From sequence record PQ656108.1: a stretch of 64,000 nt of DNA. The stretch is one strand, 5' to 3'. The stretch comes from Acinetobacter phage At2. The notes beneath the pieces are model-generated. The model saw nothing but the letters and a program-made list of their open reading frames with translations, did no database searches and was not told the DNA's origin. This document shows positions 18,516 through 27,419 of this stretch, piece by piece. How positions within the stretch are numbered: the first letter of the stretch is position 1; each line of letters begins with the position of its first letter. The translations under genes were made by a program, and so were the position numbers.

Positions 18516-19095
18516 ATTTAACTGAGATGTCTATACATCTGCCTGATGGAATATCAATCTTGGTTTCAAGATCTACTTCATACTTACCTTGATTAAATAT
18601 CACGGGATGAGTAGTAAGAGTTAAACCAGTAGCATCAAATGTGATATTAGCACCACACAGCACATTACCTAATTCATCTTTAGGTAAGCAGTATTTAAAA
18701 CCATTTAGTGCAAATCCTAATGGCCCATTAATACGGTAGTTACCTACACCATTCTTAATGAACCCTGGTTTAACAGTACCATCATGGTCTAGGACAGCAC
18801 CGTTATACACGCTAATTGCCTTAGATCCGAACATTAGTTCATTGTTGGTGTTAACCATTAACCCGAGGTTTAAACGTGCCTGTTGCGCTGTAGTAGCTCC
18901 TGTACCGCCTCTTTCAATTGGTAAGGCATCTTTAAGCCTTACCTCTGATGAACCACCAGTTAACCAATAGAATAATAATGAAGCTGTATGCTCAGCTTTA
19001 AGTGCGTGGATACGAAGTTCATCTCCCTTACCATCTCCTGCAGCTAAACCATACTCAAACCTTTCACGTTCATTCTGGGCTAAGTTAGTTGCCAT
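18514..19095 (-). CDS. tail fibre-like structural protein (193 aa)
   Basis: Motif LPIERGGTGATTAQQARLNLG resembles the conserved tail-fibre motif (PLxGGTMTG). Confidence 0.45.
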   Translation of the reverse strand: MATNLAQNERERFEYGLAAGDGKGDELRIHALKAEHTASLLFYWLTGGSSEVRLKDALPIERGGTGATTAQQARLNLGLMVNTNNELMFGSKAISVYNGAVLDHDGTVKPGFIKNGVGNYRINGPLGFALNGFKYCLPKDELGNVLCGANITFDATGLTLTTHPVIFNQGKYEVDLETKIDIPSGRCIDISVK

Positions 19096-19372
19096 GTCCG
19101 TTCTCCTTGTTGTACTCAGAGATTAACTCAAGAATGCTTTTATGCTTGTTATCACAAACACCATAGCGATAGACAGTGTCATGGCTCCATCTAAGAATCG
19201 TGCTAGCTTTACCATCAGTCAGCTCCTCCAGTGGTTGGTTTGGTGCCGCTAAGTTCGATGGCACTATTAGTTTGGGCGATGTAACTATTGAGTGACTGCA
19301 GCCCACTAGTATCAAAACACTCATTGCTGTAGCTAGACATAAGCACAATTTTTTCAACTTCTCTATCAACAT
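19085..19372 (-). CDS. o-spanin (outer-membrane lipoprotein spanin), overlapped architecture
   Basis: Signal peptide MLIEKLKK-LCLCLATAMSVLILVGC with lipobox; Pro-rich mature part; out of frame within the 3-prime part of the i-spanin gene and extending beyond it. Confidence 0.55.
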   Translation of the reverse strand: MLIEKLKKLCLCLATAMSVLILVGCSHSIVTSPKLIVPSNLAAPNQPLEELTDGKASTILRWSHDTVYRYGVCDNKHKSILELISEYNKENGHGN

Positions 19373-19610
19373 AGATCTTTTCCTTTTCTTTAGCAGCCTT
19401 TGACTGCTCATATTGGTCACCAATCTTAGTGGCAATATCTTGTTGTTTAATGATTACTTCTACTTGCTTATCTTTGCTAGTCAGCAAATGATTTTGAAGA
19501 CTACGTAGTTGCTCACCCCTATAAACAAGCATAACAGTGAGCACTATAGAAATAAGTAAAAGTAATCCACATAAGTAAGGTGACAACTTCTTATATAGGA
19601 TTACTAACAT
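19215..19610 (-). CDS. i-spanin (N-terminal TM plus periplasmic coiled coil)
   Basis: N-terminal TM LCGLLLLISIVLTVMLV, charged coiled-coil body; lies immediately downstream of the endolysin. Confidence 0.55.
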   Translation of the reverse strand: MLVILYKKLSPYLCGLLLLISIVLTVMLVYRGEQLRSLQNHLLTSKDKQVEVIIKQQDIATKIGDQYEQSKAAKEKEKIYVDREVEKIVLMSSYSNECFDTSGLQSLNSYIAQTNSAIELSGTKPTTGGAD

Positions 19611-19612
19611 AA

Positions 19613-20116
19613 TTAAGCCTCGTTAACTGAGATCTTACCTGCAGGTAGTATAGGCAAATCATAACGGTGTTCGTTAGGAACACTACCTTCACTTACCCAA
19701 CGATATGCAGTTACACGTTTAGGATCAAAGTCCTGAATGGTTACAGCATTAGACTGGTTTCCACCTAAGACCTTCAACATACCTTTGGCAGTCTTACCTA
19801 CCACAAAGCCTACATGTCCACCACCATCACGAGTAAACGTAACTACACAACCATAAGCAGGTTTAGATAATGGAGTACCTGCTTTCTCCCACTCTTTAGC
19901 ACGGAAGAAATCTTTAGGTACCTTATGTGATAACCCTGCTTCTTTGAAGACTTGGGCACAGAATGTACCACACCAAGGCTGACCAATAAGCCATTTACCA
20001 GACAGTGTTTTAGCCCACGCATCAATAGTAGGGTGTTTATTTGTAGCGTTAATCTCAGTTAAACCAAGATAGCTACGAGCAATTTCAATATGTTTCAATT
20101 CAGGTTTAGCACTCAT
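19613..20116 (-). CDS. putative endolysin, CHAP/NlpC-P60-like peptidoglycan hydrolase
   Basis: Conserved Cys (GQPWCGTFCAQ) and His (GGGHVGFVVG) in the spacing typical of CHAP/NlpC-P60 phage cell-wall hydrolases; adjacent to the spanins. Confidence 0.5.
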   Translation of the reverse strand: MSAKPELKHIEIARSYLGLTEINATNKHPTIDAWAKTLSGKWLIGQPWCGTFCAQVFKEAGLSHKVPKDFFRAKEWEKAGTPLSKPAYGCVVTFTRDGGGHVGFVVGKTAKGMLKVLGGNQSNAVTIQDFDPKRVTAYRWVSEGSVPNEHRYDLPILPAGKISVNEA

Positions 20117-20193
20117 GCTAACCTCCTAGTAAGTATGTTTTAGTTGGGGTATTATTACAGACTCTGTTAAATAATCAAACTAGGTATAAAACC

Positions 20194-20403
20194 ATGACTG
20201 AAACTGTATCTGCTGTAGGCCTTAGTAAAGTAGAAATGAAGTTGTTAAATGACTTCGCAAATATCATCAATGCACGTGAGTATAGTGAGCAAGTTACTAT
20301 CAAGCGTCTGCACTTAAACTACGATGAAGCTACTGGATTTAAAATTGACTTACAAGAAGCATCCAACATTGTGCCTATAGAAGAGGTATCTCCTGCTGAA
20401 TAA
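20194..20403 (+). CDS. hypothetical small protein (69 aa) on the opposite strand within the lysis/tail block
   Basis: ORF followed by the bidirectional terminator at 20420; weak RBS. Confidence 0.35.
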   Translation: MTETVSAVGLSKVEMKLLNDFANIINAREYSEQVTIKRLHLNYDEATGFKIDLQEASNIVPIEEVSPAE

Positions 20404-20419
20404 GCCCTAAAATAGATAA

Positions 20420-20446
20420 AGCCCCAATTAAGGGGCTTTATTTTTG
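20420..20446. terminator. bidirectional terminator (agcccc-aattaa-ggggct then T-run)
   Basis: Seen directly between convergent ORFs. Confidence 0.55.
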
Positions 20447-20454
20447 TCTACTGA

Positions 20455-20712
20455 TTATTCAGCAGCTTTATGAAGTAAGGCGTGTAGATTTTCTACATAC
20501 TTGCCAATCATAGCATCAATAGACTTTAAGCAAACTTTACTATCTTCATAGTGTTCACCTGCTTTTGATTTAAGGTGATGATCAATAGCTACAGCTAACT
20601 CTGCAGACTGTGCACCAATAAAATCAGTATTGAGGTGAGTAGCACCATGACGTAATGAATGCTCTACCATAGGCTTTGCAACTTCTGTTGCGATTAATGC
20701 AAGTGTGGACAT
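20455..20712 (-). CDS. hypothetical protein (85 aa)
   Basis: ORF track. Confidence 0.45.
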   Translation of the reverse strand: MSTLALIATEVAKPMVEHSLRHGATHLNTDFIGAQSAELAVAIDHHLKSKAGEHYEDSKVCLKSIDAMIGKYVENLHALLHKAAE

Positions 20713-20747
20713 AATAAATTCCTTAGCTAATAAGTAAAATAAAACCC

Positions 20748-21035
20748 CTATGAAGGGGTCTTACCTTTGTCAGTCATGGACTGTACGTATCGAGCAAACT
20801 TAGTCAAACCATTAGATAAAGCTTCTGCATCCTCTGGCCTCTCTTTAAGAAAAGAGCTAAACCATTCATCTAGGGTAAGGCTAGGTTTCTCTTTACCTAT
20901 AGCCATAGAATACGCTGCTTCAAAATTACCAGTAGTCATTGCATACTGATAAGCCTCTTGGTTTGACATAACAACTTTAATCTTAGCAATGTTGTCATCA
21001 CTGTAACCTTGTTGTTTTAAAATTTGCTCTAACAT
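20748..21035 (-). CDS. hypothetical protein (95 aa)
   Basis: ORF track. Confidence 0.45.
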   Translation of the reverse strand: MLEQILKQQGYSDDNIAKIKVVMSNQEAYQYAMTTGNFEAAYSMAIGKEKPSLTLDEWFSSFLKERPEDAEALSNGLTKFARYVQSMTDKGKTPS

Positions 21036-21046
21036 ACTCCAGTACC

Positions 21047-21910
21047 TTACGCTCTTACGTTAGTGTTTGTGTTAGTTGGGTTTGCTTGTTGGAAACCGCC
21101 AATGTTAATAGCTTGGTTAGTTGCTTGGATATTCTGCAATGCTGCAGCCAAACCGTTAGTCAAGTTATTTAGTACCTGAGCCTGAGCTTGGAACTGTAAT
21201 TGGTTTTGGTTTTGTTGGTTTGTCATGTTGATTTCAATTCCGTGACGGTCTTCACTCCTGCGAGCTTCTGCACGTAATTCATTGATTTCATCTTGACGCT
21301 CACCTAACAAACGCTGCATGTTAGCGTTTTCATACGATGTGATTAAAGCACGAGTCTTTTCACCATCATTCTGAATAACTTGAGCTAACTCAAACTTACC
21401 GTTAAGAATTGCTGTACCTAATTGATTACCTACTGCAAGAGTAGTTTCACGGTTAGCACTTGCTGCTGCCAAAGCTGTAGCAATAGACTCAGAGATATTT
21501 TTATTAATACCTGCTTGGCCTTGAATAGCAGTCTGTAAGCCAGTAGCGATGTTTGCATTAATACCTACCGCAGCGTTATTAATACTACCAGTAAGATCTG
21601 CAGTTGCTCCTGCTAGGGCAAGTTGTACTTGGCCTTCTGCTAAAGGAACTGCTGCTTTGATATCACCGAGTCCATTAAGAACTTCGGTATTCATTTGAGT
21701 ATCAGTTACGTTAGCAAGTTGAGCAGATAGGTTAGAAGGAGTTACACAACCTTCAGCTACACCACCACCGCCAAGTAAACCATTACCATTACGTCCTAAG
21801 AGTGAACCCAACACAAGACCTCCAATAAGTCCACCACCTAAGCCAAGACCCATACCGTCAGAACCTCCACCAGTAGCAACCATAGCAGGCATTGTAGATT
21901 GTAAATGCAT
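21047..21910 (-). CDS. Gly-zipper protein with low-complexity Gln/Asn/Ala-rich C-terminal region (287 aa)
   Basis: N-terminal GGGSDGMGLGLGGGLIGGLVLGSLLG glycine-zipper-like hydrophobic segment. Confidence 0.5.
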   Translation of the reverse strand: MHLQSTMPAMVATGGGSDGMGLGLGGGLIGGLVLGSLLGRNGNGLLGGGGVAEGCVTPSNLSAQLANVTDTQMNTEVLNGLGDIKAAVPLAEGQVQLALAGATADLTGSINNAAVGINANIATGLQTAIQGQAGINKNISESIATALAAASANRETTLAVGNQLGTAILNGKFELAQVIQNDGEKTRALITSYENANMQRLLGERQDEINELRAEARRSEDRHGIEINMTNQQNQNQLQFQAQAQVLNNLTNGLAAALQNIQATNQAINIGGFQQANPTNTNTNVRA

Positions 21911-21993
21911 ATTTAATTCCTTGATTTAATAACTCTTTATCGAGCAGGTGTAGTATATTTCAATGATTTAAATTTAATAGGTGGTTCGATTCC

Positions 21994-22167
21994 ATGTCAC
22001 AAATCAAGAAAGCAAAAGAATGTTTTAGATGTCATTATTGCGGTGCTAAAAAAGCTATATGTCCTGTATGTAAAAAACCTTTTTATAAAAGTAGGGAAAA
22101 CCATGTAATATGTAGTACAAGATGTAGGACAAGAAAATATAGAGCAGCTAAAAAGAAAGCCCCTTAG
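21994..22167 (+). CDS. zinc-ribbon small basic protein (57 aa; CxxC-x2-C ... CxxC ... CxxxC) on the opposite strand
   Basis: Hand-translated MSQIKKAKECFRCHYCGAKKAICPVCKKPFYKSRENHVICSTRCRTRKYRAAKKKAP; AGGTGG RBS-like 12 nt upstream; stop lies in the loop of the bidirectional terminator; below the 60-aa track cut-off. Confidence 0.4.
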   Translation: MSQIKKAKECFRCHYCGAKKAICPVCKKPFYKSRENHVICSTRCRTRKYRAAKKKAP

Positions 22168-22177
22168 CGGGGCTTTG
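22158..22177. terminator. bidirectional terminator (agcccc-ttagc-ggggct; stronger on the minus strand, T-run follows)
   Basis: Seen directly. Confidence 0.55.
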
Positions 22178-23014
22178 TTACGTGATTAAATGTTTTATAC
22201 TCCGTACATCAACAATATAAGCTATCTGTGTACCCTGCATTACCCAAGTTTTAATTTCACTAAATCCCCCTCCAAAATTTAATTCATCACCTGTTACTGC
22301 CCTAAAAGTAACTTCAAGATAACCATCCGAACTAATACTAAATATAGCAGCATCGTGTAAAATAATTACTGTACCCGAGCCGTTATACTCCACAAAGTTA
22401 CCAATACGCTTCTGAGAAAATGCAATACCAAAGTCAGTTACATTAGAGGCTTTGACATTACTTTTCCATTTATAAGACCAAGCATCTATAACACCTGCAC
22501 CATTACCATACAACATTTGATTTACTTTATCTTCTGCGGGTAACACGTGAGTAGCTACTACTTTAAGGTTAGGATACATACTACTATAAGTTACATTACC
22601 ACTAGGATCATAACACTCTAAACCTACTCCTGTTGCAGAAGGGTTAGTCACTAAAAGATTAAAGGGGGTAAATATGACCCCAGTAAGTTTTTTATTAAAT
22701 GTCTCCCCATACATAGCCGTAAAACCAACAGAGTAATTATTATTACCTTGGTAAGTATGGCTAGAAATTACAGGACATAACCCTACTGGATTAGTATCTC
22801 CCCTTGGAACAGTTACGATTAAGTGTGCTGCATTTGCTGTATACGGTGTAGCATTCACCGTGTTAACTGGCTTACTAACTAACTTACTATACGTATACTG
22901 TGGGTAGTCAGTATCAAACTGTAATACACCTGTTTCGGAGTAGGCCTCCATACCGTATGCCATTAATAATATCCCCATGATATCTCTGCAGCAGCATAAG
23001 GAAAAGTACCCCAT
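22178..23014 (-). CDS. structural/tail-associated protein (278 aa from ATG 23014; alternative start ATG 22963 overlapping the upstream stop as TAATG)
   Basis: GGAGGT RBS 10 nt before ATG 23014; alternative coupled start; lies downstream of the tail fibre. Confidence 0.5.
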   Translation of the reverse strand: MGYFSLCCCRDIMGILLMAYGMEAYSETGVLQFDTDYPQYTYSKLVSKPVNTVNATPYTANAAHLIVTVPRGDTNPVGLCPVISSHTYQGNNNYSVGFTAMYGETFNKKLTGVIFTPFNLLVTNPSATGVGLECYDPSGNVTYSSMYPNLKVVATHVLPAEDKVNQMLYGNGAGVIDAWSYKWKSNVKASNVTDFGIAFSQKRIGNFVEYNGSGTVIILHDAAIFSISSDGYLEVTFRAVTGDELNFGGGFSEIKTWVMQGTQIAYIVDVRSIKHLIT

Positions 23015-23265
23015 GAAATAGAGTACCTCCTATACTGCCAAGTTAATTGTGAGTTGGATATTGTAGCGTAAGGCAAGTTATCATATACCCCTGCATTTAA
23101 TCCAACCATAAAAAATATAGGTACCCTATCAGCAGGGATATTAATATTTAATGTTCCATCAGTGCCTGCTGTAGTTGTAACCTTGCCCATAATTCTAGGG
23201 AACCTATCATTAGTATCATTAATAAGTACCCCATTTGCGTCATAAACTTGTAAACCTTGTGGCAT
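22963..23265 (-). CDS. tail-associated protein (100 aa)
   Basis: ORF immediately downstream of the tail fibre gene. Confidence 0.45.
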   Translation of the reverse strand: MPQGLQVYDANGVLINDTNDRFPRIMGKVTTTAGTDGTLNINIPADRVPIFFMVGLNAGVYDNLPYATISNSQLTWQYRRYSISWGTFPYAAAEISWGYY

Positions 23266-23275
23266 TAGTAACCCC

Positions 23276-26200
23276 TTACCATAATCCTAACCGAACACGT
23301 ACACGGTTATTATCATCATAAACTGTAATCAAACTACCTTGCATTACCATACGTGCCTTTAAAGGTTGAGCAGGATCTTTGTATGTTATTAGTGTACCTA
23401 AATTAGCACTAATAGCACTTAGTTCAGTTACATTCATCTTATCTGCTGTGATAGTTCCTGCTTGAATCCTAGCTGCTGCAATGTATCCTGCATTAATTTT
23501 ACTAGCATCTAAGTTAGCAATCTTAGCGTTATCTACTGCAAGGTTTGCAATCTTAGCATTAGTAATAGCAGCATTGGCAATATGTGCTGTACCAATAGTA
23601 GCATTAGCAATCAGTGCAACATCAATCCATGTACCTGCAGGATAAGTCACACCTCCGATAGTTTGGCTAGAAGTAAGAATCATAAATGGCTTCTTACCAT
23701 TAGCAGGTTTACCTACATAGAAGTAATCCGCATTAATACCAATAGCAGAGCTAGTACCAGTATTGATTAAACCAATACCTGAAACCAACCCATTCACATC
23801 AAGCTTGATAGAGTATTCAGCTTGAATACCATTAATAGACTGACCGTGAATAGCAATGGTAGATGTATGACCATCTACAGTAGTCTGTAACTGAGTTAAG
23901 CTATTTGATGTAGCAGTAACCTTACCATCAATGTTAGTTACTTGAGTCTGTAAAGTACTAATAGCATTAGCTGAATCTTCTGGTGCAGGTTCCCAACCAA
24001 CAGGTATTGATGACACTGTCATCGTTACGTTGGAGATAGTGAAAGCTCCTCCCGATGTTTGGGTATGGAAAGGGAAAGTTGAAGGAAACTCAGATGCACC
24101 GTTAATCCAAGTTGCAGGTAAAGTGAATTGGTTTTTAATTCTATACTTACCTACTGGTTGGGATGCAGCGTTATTTAACCATACACCACAGTAATGTGTT
24201 GCACCTGCTATGGTGAAACTTGACTCAAACCCAATCCTATTCCTTGAGCCTACACCGACAGGAGAAGTAATATCAATATCAAATGCCATTGAGATTACAG
24301 ATCCTGGGAACAGTAACTTAGACATTGCAGCAGTTAATACAGCCTTAGTACCTCCTGTAGCACTATCTAATAAGTAGTTACGTGTATTAATACCCTCAGC
24401 TAGTTTAGCTTCAACACGTGTAGATGCTTCACTTGCTGCAGTAGCTTTACCATCAATTAAACTTACGTTTGTATTTAAAGTATTAATTGCAGAAGTGTGA
24501 CCTTCTACAGTTGGTTTCATCTCATAAGAGCCAGGGAACCAATCATTACCTAGAATAGTTGGGCCTTTAACCAACACTGCCCAATAGACAGTAGCAACTG
24601 TACCCTTATCCGCAGTAGGTTTATTAATACAGTAGAAGTTAATAACAGGGTCATTCGCACTATTAGCTTTAGTGAATGTAACCTTACGAACAGTTTTAGC
24701 TTGGTTAGTAATACTATCAACTGATTGTTGACCCCCACCAATATAAACAGACAGATTAGAGTTAGTATCTCCAGTACCACGTTGATGTTCACCACACCAT
24801 AGCAACGTATATTGCTGTCCTACGACACAAGCCTTATCCAATGCATAAGCTACATGGGGATAAGAAACACCATTGTATGTACCTACCACATTAGAATTAA
24901 TTGCTAAGTTGTTTGTAGCATCTGCAGCATTATTCAGAGTAGTTGTTACACCAGTAATTGCACCAGTGTTAGCAGTGATCTGATTACCCTGAGATGTGAT
25001 TGTACTCTGCATACTATTGATAGCATTAGTGTTGGCAGTAGTATTAGTCTCTACGTTAGTAACCCTACCAGTTAGGTTAGTTAGATCACTCGTGTTAGAA
25101 GTTATCTTCCCATCCATAGTAGTAATCTGAGCCTGCATACTAGCAACCGCAGTAGCATTAGCTGAAATATTATTAGTTAACTCTTTATTACTTGGTTTCC
25201 AAGCAGAAGCTTTATTACCAACTTCAAATTGAATATCAGATATGCATACATCGTAAGCTGTACTAAACTTACCGCCTATATGCAAGTTAAAACCAGACTT
25301 AGTATTAACTAAGCTTGATGATCTAAAAGTTAGTGAATACCTCTTAGGTGACATAGTTATTTGAGATGTAGTCATATTAATCTGAGGGTCATTATTACCA
25401 CCACCAGTCTGATGTACCAACATCTGTATAAATTGTGCACTAGAAGAGTTTGTATAAGCTAAAAATGAAACAGTATATTCAGTATCAGGGATGAAGGGTA
25501 CTAAACCAGTTTGAGAGATACCTTTAAATAACGAAGTATCGGGTGCTATCAGTCTTGCATAACGTTTGCCAGATAGTACCTCAAAGTTACGTGCTGCATT
25601 ACCCCAAACATTCCAATTTGACCAATCAGGTGTAGCAGCAAAATTACCATTAACTAATAAGTTATCACCACCTACAGCCATATTATCAAAGCTAGCTTTT
25701 AATGCTGTTTGAGCTTGGGTGTTAGCTGTAATCAAACCACCTTGATTAGTAACTTCATTCTGTAAGTTTTGTACAGACTGTGTAGATGCCTTAGTAGTAA
25801 GGTCATTCTTTACAACAACCATATCTGCCTTAAGCGTAGTGGTATCAGAAGTAAGCGTAGTAATCTTACCGTCTTGCTCAGTATTCTTAATTTGTAGTTG
25901 GTTTACTGCAGTAGTATTCGTAGTGATGTTGCCTTCTGCAGCAGTCATACGAGTCTTTAAACCAGTGATATCAGCAGTGTTAGTTGTGGTCTTACCATCA
26001 ATAGTATTAACCTTAGTCTCTAAAGTATTGAAGGCAGTAGTATCTACCTTACCACCTAGAGAAGCTTCTACTGTAGATACACGTCCTGCAGTTACCTCAT
26101 TGGCAGCAGCAGCAGCTTCTGCCTTCTGAGTAGCACTAGCAGCATTAGTCATAGCTTGTGATGCATCTGCTTGAGCTACAGTAACTCGGGCATCAATAGC

Positions 26201-27322
26201 AGACAGTTGTGCAGCGTTAGCTTCAACCTTACCAGTAGTAACTGTAAGCTCTTCACGGATATTAGCTAAGCTTGTATCGTTAGACAGCTTAAGGTTGTTG
26301 ATCATCTCAATAGATGCATTATCACCTTCGATACGCTCAAGAGTCTCTTGAGTTAAACCATCATTAAGTAACTCTACTTGAGCCACACGTGTAGCAGTCT
26401 CTTTAGATATTTCAAAAACACGAGCATCAGTCTCAGCAACAACAGTTGATGCAATCTCATCTGTCTTACGTACAACCTCAGCAGACAATGCTTGAGATAA
26501 GTTAATCATCTCAATAGCGGTATCTTGTGCTTGTTGTGCAAGCTTATTATTGATTGAATTAATATCCGTAAGGTTCTGTGCAAGCTTATCGTCTAGCTCT
26601 TTGATAATAGGGGCTTGAGACAATGCTTCGATAGCCTTATCAATAATGTCTTGCTCTACAGGTAACTTATTTTGTAAGTCTTGAAGGGCTTGATCTAAAT
26701 CACCATCAATAACAGTTTGATAGTCTTTGAACTTACCAAGAATCTCTAAGTCCCATTCACGAGCTTGAGACAAGATAGTCCATGCACCCATATTAATCTC
26801 ACCATTATCCATAGTGATCTGAATAGAGTCTGTAGTGATGTCTTGGAGCATGTCTTCATACTTAGCAATACGTTGACTCATTGAGATGTACTTATCATCT
26901 AAATCAGTCTGAACAATACCAATAGCTGTATAGATCTGATGCTCACGATGGTCAAAGCTAGCAACAGCATTACTGATCTTAATATCAAGATCTATGCCTA
27001 ACTGCTCACGTGCTAATTTCTCAGTAGCTATCTCTAAGTCAGTTTTGATTCTGTAGTCTGATAAGGCTTGTGTTAATGCATTAATGGAATTAACATTTAT
27101 TAGGTCACCTTCAGACCTGTGCAATACCTCAGTAGACAGACGTGACTCAGTACCTTGGTTAGCAGTATTTACATCTGCAACCAACTGGTTATTAGCATTA
27201 TCCCCTGTAACCCTTGAGATAGTTTCATTCTGTAAACTTTCCCATAGACGCTGATCCTCAGCTACCAATTCATTCTTAGTAACCGTTAATCGTAAGTCTA
27301 CTTCTTCAATTGTAGTAGTCAT
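23276..27322 (-). CDS. long tail fibre / appendage protein (1348 aa)
   Basis: N-terminal coiled-coil with Thr/Asn-rich repeats (TTNTADITGLKTRM, TTLTSDTTTLKADM), two carbohydrate-binding-like segments, C-terminal AKIANL/ANAAITNAKIANL repeats. Confidence 0.6.
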   Translation of the reverse strand: MTTTIEEVDLRLTVTKNELVAEDQRLWESLQNETISRVTGDNANNQLVADVNTANQGTESRLSTEVLHRSEGDLINVNSINALTQALSDYRIKTDLEIATEKLAREQLGIDLDIKISNAVASFDHREHQIYTAIGIVQTDLDDKYISMSQRIAKYEDMLQDITTDSIQITMDNGEINMGAWTILSQAREWDLEILGKFKDYQTVIDGDLDQALQDLQNKLPVEQDIIDKAIEALSQAPIIKELDDKLAQNLTDINSINNKLAQQAQDTAIEMINLSQALSAEVVRKTDEIASTVVAETDARVFEISKETATRVAQVELLNDGLTQETLERIEGDNASIEMINNLKLSNDTSLANIREELTVTTGKVEANAAQLSAIDARVTVAQADASQAMTNAASATQKAEAAAAANEVTAGRVSTVEASLGGKVDTTAFNTLETKVNTIDGKTTTNTADITGLKTRMTAAEGNITTNTTAVNQLQIKNTEQDGKITTLTSDTTTLKADMVVVKNDLTTKASTQSVQNLQNEVTNQGGLITANTQAQTALKASFDNMAVGGDNLLVNGNFAATPDWSNWNVWGNAARNFEVLSGKRYARLIAPDTSLFKGISQTGLVPFIPDTEYTVSFLAYTNSSSAQFIQMLVHQTGGGNNDPQINMTTSQITMSPKRYSLTFRSSSLVNTKSGFNLHIGGKFSTAYDVCISDIQFEVGNKASAWKPSNKELTNNISANATAVASMQAQITTMDGKITSNTSDLTNLTGRVTNVETNTTANTNAINSMQSTITSQGNQITANTGAITGVTTTLNNAADATNNLAINSNVVGTYNGVSYPHVAYALDKACVVGQQYTLLWCGEHQRGTGDTNSNLSVYIGGGQQSVDSITNQAKTVRKVTFTKANSANDPVINFYCINKPTADKGTVATVYWAVLVKGPTILGNDWFPGSYEMKPTVEGHTSAINTLNTNVSLIDGKATAASEASTRVEAKLAEGINTRNYLLDSATGGTKAVLTAAMSKLLFPGSVISMAFDIDITSPVGVGSRNRIGFESSFTIAGATHYCGVWLNNAASQPVGKYRIKNQFTLPATWINGASEFPSTFPFHTQTSGGAFTISNVTMTVSSIPVGWEPAPEDSANAISTLQTQVTNIDGKVTATSNSLTQLQTTVDGHTSTIAIHGQSINGIQAEYSIKLDVNGLVSGIGLINTGTSSAIGINADYFYVGKPANGKKPFMILTSSQTIGGVTYPAGTWIDVALIANATIGTAHIANAAITNAKIANLAVDNAKIANLDASKINAGYIAAARIQAGTITADKMNVTELSAISANLGTLITYKDPAQPLKARMVMQGSLITVYDDNNRVRVRLGLW

Positions 27323-27419
27323 ATTTGTGATCCTCTTAACTATGCAAGGATTATAAACACTTATTATCTAAATGGCAGTCCCTGCCCTCTCTCGACTTTT
27401 AAAACCATAGGAAATTAAT

